DNA of 64,000 bases from a virus. The stretch is from IMG/VR virus record IMGVR_UViG_3300032291_002550, positions 132,981 through 196,980 of that record, one strand, 5' to 3'. Position numbers and translations under genes: made by a program. Below the pieces are notes generated by a model, which saw only the letters and a list, made by a program, of their open reading frames with translations, ran no database searches and was not told the origin of the DNA. Within the stretch, counting starts at the first letter, position 1; every line of letters begins with the position of its first letter. Below, piece after piece: positions 48,015 through 57,350 of the stretch.

Positions 48015-48956
48015 ATGCCATATTCATATCATAAAGAAGGCGACAAATATGTCGTTACTAAAAAAGATACCGGTAAAGTCGTTGGACATACTAAAGGTAC
48101 CAAAGAAGCATTAAATAAATACTTAGCAGCATTACATATAAATACTAATGAAGGTAAAACTAATGAAGCATCTACATTAACAAAAGTAGCTCGTAAAATA
48201 TTGTGGGATAAAATACGAACGCCTAAAGAATTTGCAACCCAAGTTAAAGAATTACCAGATCGTACATTAATAATTTGGGCTAAAGATGCAGAAAAAAATA
48301 AAGCTATCCCAAATACTCCTTTAGCATTTCAACAAAAACTAGTAAAAATAGAAATGGCTAAAAGAGGTCTTAATTTAAATTCTACAGGTATGCCTTTTGA
48401 AAGTAAAAATAATACTATGAAAAAATCAGAACTAACTAATATGATTCAGGAAATCATAAAAGAAGTAATATCAGAACAAACTAATACTACTCCAAAACAT
48501 AAAATTATAGCTCAGTTAATGGGGCCTGATTTCTTTTTATCTAAGAAGCCAGAAAATACATGGGATGAAAAAGATCATGATGTATTTAATCGTATATCAA
48601 AAATGGCGTCTGAAGAAGGTAAAGTGCCAAAAATATCTGAATCAGCAGATTATGACACAGCTGTAGCATTTAGATTAGTTGCTAAGGGTAACAGAGATGC
48701 AGCATTAGAAGCTCTTCAAACTGAAATAAATAAAGTTACTGGGCCAATGGGAAGATTTTCTAAAGTAAAAGTAACTATTATCCCGTCAAAAGGAAATCCT
48801 CAAGACATTATTATTAAACTAAATGGACCTAGTGCTTTTTCAATGGGTAAAGACATTACTGCTAAAGATAAAACTAAAGCATATACAAACCCAACCATCA
48901 GAAATAATTTTGTTAAAGTGTCTCCATACACGCCACAACTAACTAAAATATCTTAA
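48015..48956 (+). CDS. Modular head-associated protein
   Basis: ATG 48015 (MPYSYHKEGDKYVV) preferred over 47934; modules separated by xNE/ISE; internal MKKSEL..MIQEIIKEVISE. Confidence 0.6.
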   Translation: MPYSYHKEGDKYVVTKKDTGKVVGHTKGTKEALNKYLAALHINTNEGKTNEASTLTKVARKILWDKIRTPKEFATQVKELPDRTLIIWAKDAEKNKAIPNTPLAFQQKLVKIEMAKRGLNLNSTGMPFESKNNTMKKSELTNMIQEIIKEVISEQTNTTPKHKIIAQLMGPDFFLSKKPENTWDEKDHDVFNRISKMASEEGKVPKISESADYDTAVAFRLVAKGNRDAALEALQTEINKVTGPMGRFSKVKVTIIPSKGNPQDIIIKLNGPSAFSMGKDITAKDKTKAYTNPTIRNNFVKVSPYTPQLTKIS

Positions 48957-48981
48957 GTCTAACGATCAATATTATTAATTA

Positions 48982-49608
48982 ATGGAAACTATATTAAGTA
49001 TCATATCTAGTTCATTACCGACATTCTTAACCGGTATTTTAGGGCCTATATTAATATTAGTAGTAAGGCATTATCTTGCAGAGCATAAAAAGGCCAAAGA
49101 TCCTATTAAAGACGCTGCTTCCAATGGCGAAATAATTTGTAAAGTATTAGATCAAATCTTAGATGAAACAAATTTAGACCGTGTATGGATAACTCAATTC
49201 CACAATGGAGGACATTTTTATCCTACAGGAAAGTCTATTCAAAAATTTTCAATGATTTATGAAGCAGTAAGTGCTGATGCAGAATCAATAAGACAAAATT
49301 TTCAAAACATACCGATAAACTTATTTAGCAAATCTATTAATAGACTTCTAGATTATGATAAAATTACTATCACTGATTATAAAGATGATGAAATAGCTAC
49401 ATACGGATTAAGATACTTAGCAGAAGAAACAGGATGTAAATCTTCATATATGTTTGCTCTTAAGAATATTGATGGTAAAATGATAGGTGTTCTTTCCGCG
49501 GAAGCAACGAAGCGTAAAAAAGAATTAAGTGATGAATCTTATGATAATTTAAAGACTCATGCAGCTCAAATAGGCGTTTTATTAGATACGTTCCTACGTA
49601 AGAAATAA
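48982..49608 (+). CDS. N-terminal TM plus GAF-like domain protein (possible T4 T-type holin)
   Basis: TM FLTGILGPILILVV; DRVWITQFHNG...KSSYMFAL...GKMIGVL GAF-like pattern. Confidence 0.5.
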   Translation: METILSIISSSLPTFLTGILGPILILVVRHYLAEHKKAKDPIKDAASNGEIICKVLDQILDETNLDRVWITQFHNGGHFYPTGKSIQKFSMIYEAVSADAESIRQNFQNIPINLFSKSINRLLDYDKITITDYKDDEIATYGLRYLAEETGCKSSYMFALKNIDGKMIGVLSAEATKRKKELSDESYDNLKTHAAQIGVLLDTFLRKK

Positions 49609-49670
49609 TATATCAATTTTTAATACTTAACAATAATTATAATAAATAACAAATTTAAACATATAATACT

Positions 49671-50162
49671 ATGCCAGAAATTTTAGACCCAGCCGAAATA
49701 ATGTTCCAGAGCTGGGAACCAAAACAAACAAATAGATTCTTCATGTATATTGAAGGAATTCCTTCTTTTATTATTAAAGCAGCAGGAAGACCTCAACTAA
49801 CATCAAATATTACAGTATTAGATCATATCAACGTAGACAGAAAAGTAAAAGGTAAGTCTCGTTGGCAAGATATCACTATTACTTTATACGACCCAATTGT
49901 TCCTTCAGGAGCTCAAGCAGTAATGGAATGGATTCGTCTAGGCCATGAAAGCGTAACAGGTCGTGATGGTTATAGTGATTTCTACAAAAAAGACATTACA
50001 TTTAATATGTTAGGGCCTGTAGGTGATAAAGTAGAAGAATGGGTATTAAAAGGTGCTTGGTGTTCAGATGCTAACTTCAATGAAATGGATTGGGCGAATG
50101 ACGGAGAAGCTGTTACTATTACAGTAACGATTACCTATGATTATGCTATATTGAACTATTGA
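49671..50162 (+). CDS. gp19: Tail tube protein (gp19-like)
   Basis: EPKQTNRF...WQDITITLYDPI...VMEW...YKKDI...EEWVLKGAW. Confidence 0.92.
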   Translation: MPEILDPAEIMFQSWEPKQTNRFFMYIEGIPSFIIKAAGRPQLTSNITVLDHINVDRKVKGKSRWQDITITLYDPIVPSGAQAVMEWIRLGHESVTGRDGYSDFYKKDITFNMLGPVGDKVEEWVLKGAWCSDANFNEMDWANDGEAVTITVTITYDYAILNY

Positions 50163-50166
50163 TTTT

Positions 50167-50688
50167 ATGATTACACAAGCAACACAAGGAAGCATAAAAA
50201 CTCCAAAAACCTTAGAAGCTTCTTCAGTATCAAAACTGAACGAAAGATTAAAAGACGAATATGGTGCTCATTATTTCTACAGAAATGCTCACAACTGGTG
50301 CGCTGGTGAAGGGTATTTAAAAGCTGCTGCATTTTTTGCAGGAGAAGCTGACAACGAGTTAGAGCATGCAGAAGGTATTCAAAAGTATTTAGTAGATTGG
50401 AATGTCATTCCAACATTGCCAGCAATTAAAGCAAATATTACATTTACAAACTTAATTGATATTGTTAATAAAGCTTATCAAATTGAATATGCTCTTTATG
50501 AAGCATATTTAAAAGATTCTAAAGAATTATTTGCGAGCGATTTAAATACATTCGATTTTTTAACAGCATATAGAATGGGTCAAAATCAATCAGTAATTGA
50601 ATATTCAGATTTACTAAATGCAGCGATGCTTGTAAATGTAGAAAATAATTTCGAAGTATTATATTTCGAGCAAACATATTTTAAATAA
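50167..50688 (+). CDS. Ferritin-like protein
   Basis: LNERLKDEYGAHYFY...W....GY..AAAFF..EAD.ELEHA..I..YL, E...Y and Q...E: FtnA-type four-helix bundle pattern. Confidence 0.8.
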   Translation: MITQATQGSIKTPKTLEASSVSKLNERLKDEYGAHYFYRNAHNWCAGEGYLKAAAFFAGEADNELEHAEGIQKYLVDWNVIPTLPAIKANITFTNLIDIVNKAYQIEYALYEAYLKDSKELFASDLNTFDFLTAYRMGQNQSVIEYSDLLNAAMLVNVENNFEVLYFEQTYFK

Positions 50689-50695
50689 ACTAAAA

Positions 50696-51001
50696 ATGTC
50701 AAAACAAATAAAACTAAAATCACTTCTTAAAGAAGGATATGCATGGGAACGTAAACCCGGCAAACCATTACCAACTATTCAAGAAGTAATGGATGAGTAC
50801 GAATCTAAACAAGAAAAAGAAGCGCCTATACAAGAAATGGATGCTGAAGGATATTCTCGTATGGATGGTTTAGTAAGTCAGGAAGATATAAATTCTATAG
50901 TCAATGCAGCATCAAATATTATTCGTGATTTAAAAGCAGATGGGTTTGATTCTGAAGATATATTTGATTTTATCATGGATCATATTAAAACTTTAGACTA
51001 A
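50696..51001 (+). CDS. Hypothetical head-associated protein
   Basis: IKLKSLLKE-GYAWERKPGKPLPT module, then IQE-linked acidic module. Confidence 0.6.
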   Translation: MSKQIKLKSLLKEGYAWERKPGKPLPTIQEVMDEYESKQEKEAPIQEMDAEGYSRMDGLVSQEDINSIVNAASNIIRDLKADGFDSEDIFDFIMDHIKTLD

Positions 51002-51036
51002 CAAAATATTACCTTTTCCCGAGGTTACCCGAAATT

Positions 51037-51063
51037 GGCTTGCAATAAAATGCGAGCCTTTTT
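51037..51063 (+). terminator. Rho-independent terminator
   Basis: GGCTTGCA-ATAAAA-TGCGAGCC-TTTTT. Confidence 0.8.
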
Positions 51064-51099
51064 CATGATTCTAGATAATTATAATAAAATAAATACGTT

Positions 51100-51954
51100 A
51101 TGAGTATAGTAAACGACAATTATCCAATGGATAAAACTTCTATCCAAGATTTAAAAAACAGTATTATTCAAGAATACAAACAAAAAGAAGTTAGAACGCA
51201 TAATTTCCCGACAGAAGTAATTTCATTACCATCTAAAGGATTATTATATCCAGAAGATTCTCCATTAAGAAGTGGTACTATTGAATTAAAATATATGACT
51301 GCTGCTGAAGAAGATATTCTTACAACACAATCATTAATTAAACAAGGAGTTGTACTAGACAAATTATTTCAAGCATTAATAATAACGCCTATTAAGTATA
51401 ATGATTTAATTGGCGCTGATAAAGATGCTATTATGATTGCTGCAAGAATTTTAGGATACGGAAAAATGTATGATGCTACTTGCACTTGCCCTGAATGTGA
51501 TAAAGAATCTAAAGTATCGTTTGATTTAAATACATTAAAAGAAAAGGAATTTGATATCCAGAAGGCCGAAATGATTAATGCAAATGAATTCAAATTTACT
51601 TTACCAGCTTCAAACAGAGAAGTAATATTTAAATTACTTACTCACGGAGATGAAAAGAAAATTCAGCTAGAACTTGAAGCAATTAAAAAATCAAATAAAT
51701 CAGGTATTAGTAAAGATCTTACTACAAGATTAAAATATATTATTATTGCGGTTGATGGTAATGAAGATAAGAAATATATTAGTGAGTTTGTTGATAATGA
51801 ATTATTTGCGCAAGATTCAAGAGGGTTAAGAGAACATATTAAAACTATTTCTCCGGGTGTAGATTTTAATGTTGATTTTACTTGTCAAGAATGTTTCTAT
51901 GAAGGGAAATTAAACTTACCCGTGGGAGTGGACTTTTTTTGGCCTGGGGCCTAA
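51100..51954 (+). CDS. T4 gp26-like baseplate hub/tail assembly chaperone
   Basis: LPSKG..Y, MTAAEEDIL, CPEC and CQEC Zn pairs, ends xxFFWP; upstream of the tape measure gene. Confidence 0.8.
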   Translation: MSIVNDNYPMDKTSIQDLKNSIIQEYKQKEVRTHNFPTEVISLPSKGLLYPEDSPLRSGTIELKYMTAAEEDILTTQSLIKQGVVLDKLFQALIITPIKYNDLIGADKDAIMIAARILGYGKMYDATCTCPECDKESKVSFDLNTLKEKEFDIQKAEMINANEFKFTLPASNREVIFKLLTHGDEKKIQLELEAIKKSNKSGISKDLTTRLKYIIIAVDGNEDKKYISEFVDNELFAQDSRGLREHIKTISPGVDFNVDFTCQECFYEGKLNLPVGVDFFWPGA

Positions 51955-51964
51955 CTATAGGCCC
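51931..51964 (+). promoter_or_regulatory. Putative programmed ribosomal frameshift signal (U7 plus 3' hairpin)
   Basis: GAC TTT TTT T (T7 at 51934-51940), 6-nt spacer, GGGCCTA-ACTA-TAGGCCC stem-loop. Confidence 0.7.
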
Positions 51965-52183
51965 ATTCTGCATACCGAGATATTTAACTTGGTATATCAT
52001 GGCAAAGGAGGATTTACGTGGGAGAGCGTGTATTCCTTTCCCGTGTGGCTTCGAAGATTCTATATTAAGCAAATCAATGACTTTATTAATAAAGAAAATG
52101 AAGAAGTTGAAAAGCAAACTTCAGAAGCAAAAAGTAAAATGCCGAAGATTTCTAAACCTAATTTCAATAAAAGAAAGCCCTAA
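51941..52183 (+). CDS. gp51-like frameshift extension of the tail assembly chaperone
   Basis: Frame open from the T7 run: GLGPNYRPILHTEIFNLVYHGKGGFTWESVYSFPVWLRRFYIKQI; no good independent start. Confidence 0.7.
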   Translation, partial: GLGPNYRPILHTEIFNLVYHGKGGFTWESVYSFPVWLRRFYIKQINDFINKENEEVEKQTSEAKSKMPKISKPNFNKRKP

Positions 52184-52198
52184 TAAAAGGGCTTTTTT
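52174..52198 (+). terminator. Rho-independent terminator
   Basis: AAAGCCCT-AATAAA-AGGGCTTT-TTT overlapping the stop at 52183. Confidence 0.75.
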
Positions 52199-52238
52199 AC
52201 TGTATAACGATAATTAATAATATAAAAGACTAGAAAGT

Positions 52239-52457
52239 ATGTTAACATCAATATTAGCAAATACATTAATTACATTATTTCCAAAATCATTTGCAAAGCG
52301 TCAACAAGAATTCTTTAAGAATAAAGAGTTTATTGAAGCTACATACAAAGCAAAGAATGCCGCGAAAAATGCAAGTAAGAATATGAAAGTATATCAAGAA
52401 AAAAATAAAGGATCTAAATATACAACTGCTAAAACTGGTAATAAGAACTTTAAATAA
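52239..52457 (+). CDS. Small basic hypothetical protein
   Basis: 72-aa ORF between the terminator and the tape measure gene. Confidence 0.55.
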   Translation: MLTSILANTLITLFPKSFAKRQQEFFKNKEFIEATYKAKNAAKNASKNMKVYQEKNKGSKYTTAKTGNKNFK

Positions 52458-52464
52458 TTAAGTT

Positions 52465-54492
52465 ATGGCAAAAAGAACACCTATAGATATACAAAAAGAA
52501 AAACTTGAAAATATTTATGCAGAACAAGCAAAGGCAGAAAATATTGTAGATATATCTAAAAAACAAGCCGCTCTTAATAAATTAGCCGCGGAAGAACTTA
52601 AAATACTTCAAGCAATTGCTATTCTACAAGAAAAACAAGAACGTTCTTTAGACTCAATTACTCGTAAGTTACAAGACCAAATTAAGGAATTAAAGAATAA
52701 AGAAGATTTAACTGATAGTGAAAATGATTTATTAGATAAGACAGTTAAATTACAAGAAAAGATTAAAGATGCTATTAAGTCCGGTTCAGGAGAAGTCGAA
52801 GCTCTTAAAGGTGAATATGAAGACTTAACAAAAGAATTACAAAAAATATTAAAAATACAAACTCAAGCTGAAAGATCTGCAAAGAATTTTCTTGGAGATG
52901 TTACAAGTGCTATATCTAAAGTACCATTGATTGGTGGCGCGTTATCAAAAGGATTTGAAGCATTTTTAAATTCTAGTAAAGGTAAAGCATTAGCTAATAT
53001 GATTGCTGCAAAATTATTTAACCCAAATGCAGTAAGACAATCTCAAGGTAATATGGCACTACTAGGTGCTGGTCTAGCAGTAACCGGGGCTGGCATTAAA
53101 ATGGGGCTAGCAAGAGAGCAAGAAATGAAAGATCAACAACGATTGATAGGGTTAACGAACGAACAATCTATAGCAGTTGATAGAATGCAACGTGGGTTAT
53201 TAAATAGTTCCAAATCAATGGTTATAACCATGGAAGAAGCTAGAAAAGCCTCTGCAGATTTAGTAGATAATTTTGGAACGTTTGGAGCTGAAAATGCTAC
53301 ATTAGTAGACCAACAAGTTAAATTAACAAAAGCTTTTGGTCTTCAAGCAGAAGAAGCTTCTGATTTTCAACGAAGTGCAATGATATCTGGACAATCTACA
53401 GAAGAAATGAAGATTGCTGTATTATCTACTGCTGCAGGATTTAATAAGACAACTAAATCGACCCAATCATTATCTGGAGTTTTACGAATGGTTTCTAAAT
53501 TATCAGATTCAATTCGTATACAATTTAGAGGTAGTGGCCAGGAATTAACAAATGCTGTTATGAAAGCTAAAATGTTAGGTACTACTTTAGAAGATTTAAA
53601 TGGAATTGCAGACCAATTATTAAATATAGAATCATCAATTGAAAATCAAGTAACAGCTCAGTTAGTTACAGGAAGAAATATTAACTTAGATAGAGCTAGA
53701 TTTTTTGCTTTAACGGATGATATGAATGGATTAATGGATGAGTTAGTTAAACAAGAAATTGATTATGCATCTTATTCAAAAATGAATCGTGTTGAAAAGC
53801 AAGCAACTGCTGCTGCATTAGGAATGTCTACAGACCAAATGGCTAAGTTTGTTTCTCAACAAGAATTAGCTACGAAATTAGGATTAGATATGGCAGCTGC
53901 TGAAAATCAAACTGCTGCTGGATTAGAACAATCTTTAAAGAATAATCAAGAAAGGATTGCGCAAATGGCAGCACTAGGAAATGAAGCAGCAAAACAATAT
54001 GAACGCGATAATCAGGCATTAACTACGCAAGAAAAAATGACTGCAGCTGTCGAACAAATGGTGCAATTATTTAGAATAATGGCTCCGATTGTAGTAGGTA
54101 TTGGAGTGATGATGACAGCAATTGCAGTAGCTGCTATGATGGCAATGGGGTCAATAACATTAGGCGTTTCTATTGCTGCCGGTGTAGGAGCTGCTATAGC
54201 AGCATACGCTTACTTGCCAGGTATGGCATCAGGTGGTGATGTAGTAGGAGGAAATGGGCCTGTAGTTGTAGGAGAAAATGGTCCGGAAATTGTACGATTA
54301 AAAAGAGGTAACTCAGTAACACCTAATTCTCAATTAAATACAATCGGCGGTAATAATAAAGAAACAAACGATTTATTACGTCAATTAATAGCAAAAGTAG
54401 ATCAACCGGCAATCATTAAAATGGGCGACACAACAATTAATGAATTAGGTAATAAAACAACATTAAATAGAAATTATCAAGCAGAAGCATAA
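52465..54492 (+). CDS. Tape measure protein
   Basis: Long Ala/Gln-rich helical protein, hydrophobic segment near the C-terminus, GMASGG...VVVGENGPEIV motif; follows the chaperone. Confidence 0.8.
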   Translation: MAKRTPIDIQKEKLENIYAEQAKAENIVDISKKQAALNKLAAEELKILQAIAILQEKQERSLDSITRKLQDQIKELKNKEDLTDSENDLLDKTVKLQEKIKDAIKSGSGEVEALKGEYEDLTKELQKILKIQTQAERSAKNFLGDVTSAISKVPLIGGALSKGFEAFLNSSKGKALANMIAAKLFNPNAVRQSQGNMALLGAGLAVTGAGIKMGLAREQEMKDQQRLIGLTNEQSIAVDRMQRGLLNSSKSMVITMEEARKASADLVDNFGTFGAENATLVDQQVKLTKAFGLQAEEASDFQRSAMISGQSTEEMKIAVLSTAAGFNKTTKSTQSLSGVLRMVSKLSDSIRIQFRGSGQELTNAVMKAKMLGTTLEDLNGIADQLLNIESSIENQVTAQLVTGRNINLDRARFFALTDDMNGLMDELVKQEIDYASYSKMNRVEKQATAAALGMSTDQMAKFVSQQELATKLGLDMAAAENQTAAGLEQSLKNNQERIAQMAALGNEAAKQYERDNQALTTQEKMTAAVEQMVQLFRIMAPIVVGIGVMMTAIAVAAMMAMGSITLGVSIAAGVGAAIAAYAYLPGMASGGDVVGGNGPVVVGENGPEIVRLKRGNSVTPNSQLNTIGGNNKETNDLLRQLIAKVDQPAIIKMGDTTINELGNKTTLNRNYQAEA

Positions 54493-57323
54493 TGGCAATA
54501 CTAGATTTAAAATCAAATTTATCACAATGGCGCAAGCCGACAACAGTAGAATCTGGAGAAAAAAAGAAACTGTCTGAATCTCCAATAAAAGCAGTTTATA
54601 GCACGTCTAATGAGCTTAAAACTCCTACTGATATAAAGATAAATAAAGTAGATAATTCTACGTCTATTCAAGTGCCAGGGGCTAAAAAAATAGATTATAA
54701 ACTGTTTTCTATTAATGCAAAAAGAAATAGAGGAATACCTGCTATATCTACATTATTTGGCGATAAATTATTACCAAAAGTTTCAGAATATAAAGAACAA
54801 AGAGTAAAAGAATTAGTTAAAGCCTCAGAGTTTATAAAAATTACTCCTAGAGGCATTCAGCATATATCTACAATAGAAATACTTAAAACTATTTTAAAGG
54901 ATAAAATAAGTAAATATAAAGACCAATTACCAATTGATATACTTAAGCTTAGTTTATATAAAGATCAATTACCTGCTATTATAGATAAACTAAGTTTATA
55001 TAAAGATCAAATACCAGCATTACTAGATAAACTAAGCTTGTATAAAGATCAAAGACCTAATATGTTGGCAAAGATTAGTCAATATATTCAAAAACTAATT
55101 GATAATAAAAACAGTATATATGATACTAGAAAAGAAATCTTAGGATTTAAAAATGTATCAGATAGATTAAGATTATTATATAGAGCTACATATCCTCCAG
55201 TATTTAATTATTTTAATGATTTACGATCAGGAGCTAAAGGATTTACTAGAAGTCAAACAACCACTCAATATCTAGGATTAGATACTAATGCATTAACTTA
55301 TACATATCCTAAAACAGTAAGAGAAGGAAGATTAAGTGATAGTACTAAAATAAAAGGTGCTCAACAATGGCCTTTAAAGGTTACATTTTCTAATCGTTTG
55401 GGCAACACTAAATATACAAGAACAGTATATAATAGTAATAAACCATATACATCAGATATTGGCATAACAGGTGATACTTTAGAAAAGTATTTCTTCAGAA
55501 CTAACTCACCTTCGGCTAGAGATATTTTGTATAGCGCATTTAATTTAAGAGATAGTTCATTTAATACAGGATTAGCTTTATTCAATCAACCATTAATATT
55601 AACTGGTATACAACGTAAAGACTTTGTTAAGACAGGATTTTATCCATGGGAGACTTGGAAATTTGATGATGGATTTATTAGAGGTGGTGTTGTTACATCT
55701 ACTCAAAGAGCAATTGTAGATGTTCTTCGTATTGGAAAATGGATGGCATCTGCAAAAGGATTATTATTTATAACGCGTCAAGCAGGACTTCAAGCTTCAG
55801 CTCCTAATACAGAAGCTGATCCTTTTGTAGGTAGAAGAGCTAGCAACGGGGCATTAACATTGGCAAGTTCATTAGCTAATACAGCAACGCAGCATTTAGG
55901 TCTTAGATTTAGAAAAGATGCGGTGCCAATTGTGCCTAGAAGTACATATTCATCGGCATTATTATCTCCCTTATATAAAAATAGATTAGAAAAGGTTTAT
56001 AATGAAATATTTAACTATCCTTCTTTATTAAGTAATGCCCCGGGGTTGCCTATACTTACATTAACTGGTATAGGTGGGCCTCAATCAGTATATGGCATCG
56101 GGGCTACGAATATTAAAAGATATATAGTCAGCAATACATGGAAAACTATAGGGCCAAGCGGTATAGAAGTTACTAATGTAAGAAAGGGGGGTATATTAGG
56201 ACAAGATGATAAATATTCATATATTATAAATAAGCCTTATATTGATTATGACACTAAATTACAAATTAAAGCAGATAATTCAGTTTATAAAGGAGATAAT
56301 TTATCGATTTCAGAAGGCAATGATCAGCAATATTATAGTTTAACTTATGATGCAATTCGTACGAAAGCTAAAGAATCAAAACTAAACTCTACTGAAATTA
56401 TTAATTTTCTTTTAAATGATGATGCTAAAAAAGTAAAATGGATTCCTACACAAGGGTCATTTGGTAGCGGTGTTGTAATTCAAGATTATACTCAAACTAG
56501 TCAACATATAAGAAAAAAACTTAGCGTACCTGAATATGGCAAGCGCGGTAAAAATCTTCAAAATCCTTTAAAGGGAGATTTTATGAGTAAATATACTCCG
56601 GCTGGAAATGGTATGATTGACCCTATTTGGAAAATAAACCAAACTGATGAAGAAGCTGTTGATGATTTTATTAAGTTTATGTTTCATGATTTAAATACAA
56701 ATGAAAGATTTAGATTTAGAGCATACATCGAAAATGTATCTGAAGATTTTAATCCTAATTGGCAAGAAGTAAAAATTTTAGGAAGAGCAGATAGCCCTTA
56801 TATTTATCAAGGATTTGAGCGTAGTTTAAGTATATCATTTAAAGCTGCTGCATTATCTAGAGGAGATTTAATGCTAATGTGGGACCAATTAGAAAGATTG
56901 GCAAAGACTACAGTGCCTAAATATCAAAGCGATGCTAAAATGAAAGGTCCATTAATTAAGTTTACTTTAGGTAATTGGTTTATTAATACACCAGCATTTA
57001 TTAAGTCATTATCTTATACAGTTGATAATGAAACGCCATGGGAAATTAACTTAAGCGATACCGGTATATATAAAGGGAGTAATAAAGAAAATAATGTCGG
57101 AGAATTACCGATGATTGTATCAGTGCAAGTATCAATGCAGATATTTGGTGAAGTAAGACCAGAAACGGCGCATGTACAAAAACAGCCAGTCGGAATTACA
57201 AGCTCAACACATTATAATAAAGGTAATTTATATCCTTTAGGTATATCTGGGCTAAGAGCTGCTAGACAATCTACATTACTTAAAAGTGTAGATGTTGATG
57301 ACCCTGAAACAAGTACGTTATAA
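54492..57323 (+). CDS. Baseplate/tail-tube initiator protein (gp48/gp54-like C-terminal domain)
   Basis: FRAYIENVSEDFNPNW....GRADSPYIYQGFERSLSISF...P.IKFTLG tube-fold pattern; follows the tape measure gene. Confidence 0.65.
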   Translation: MAILDLKSNLSQWRKPTTVESGEKKKLSESPIKAVYSTSNELKTPTDIKINKVDNSTSIQVPGAKKIDYKLFSINAKRNRGIPAISTLFGDKLLPKVSEYKEQRVKELVKASEFIKITPRGIQHISTIEILKTILKDKISKYKDQLPIDILKLSLYKDQLPAIIDKLSLYKDQIPALLDKLSLYKDQRPNMLAKISQYIQKLIDNKNSIYDTRKEILGFKNVSDRLRLLYRATYPPVFNYFNDLRSGAKGFTRSQTTTQYLGLDTNALTYTYPKTVREGRLSDSTKIKGAQQWPLKVTFSNRLGNTKYTRTVYNSNKPYTSDIGITGDTLEKYFFRTNSPSARDILYSAFNLRDSSFNTGLALFNQPLILTGIQRKDFVKTGFYPWETWKFDDGFIRGGVVTSTQRAIVDVLRIGKWMASAKGLLFITRQAGLQASAPNTEADPFVGRRASNGALTLASSLANTATQHLGLRFRKDAVPIVPRSTYSSALLSPLYKNRLEKVYNEIFNYPSLLSNAPGLPILTLTGIGGPQSVYGIGATNIKRYIVSNTWKTIGPSGIEVTNVRKGGILGQDDKYSYIINKPYIDYDTKLQIKADNSVYKGDNLSISEGNDQQYYSLTYDAIRTKAKESKLNSTEIINFLLNDDAKKVKWIPTQGSFGSGVVIQDYTQTSQHIRKKLSVPEYGKRGKNLQNPLKGDFMSKYTPAGNGMIDPIWKINQTDEEAVDDFIKFMFHDLNTNERFRFRAYIENVSEDFNPNWQEVKILGRADSPYIYQGFERSLSISFKAAALSRGDLMLMWDQLERLAKTTVPKYQSDAKMKGPLIKFTLGNWFINTPAFIKSLSYTVDNETPWEINLSDTGIYKGSNKENNVGELPMIVSVQVSMQIFGEVRPETAHVQKQPVGITSSTHYNKGNLYPLGISGLRAARQSTLLKSVDVDDPETSTL
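54903..55090 (+). repeat. 42-bp (14-aa) tandem repeat, about 4.5 copies
   Basis: K(I/L)SxYKDQ(L/I/R)P units at 54903, 54945, 54987 and 55029, partial at 55071. Confidence 0.85.
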
Positions 57324-57350
57324 TATCATACCTCTGATATTTATTAATAT

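Noticed and set aside
51939-52217. 92-aa ORF in the -1 frame as the frameshift product
   Set aside because: It runs through the terminator at 52174-52198 and looks unlike a real protein, while the +1/-2 frame has a gp51-like motif and stops at the terminator. Some -1 slippage cannot be excluded.
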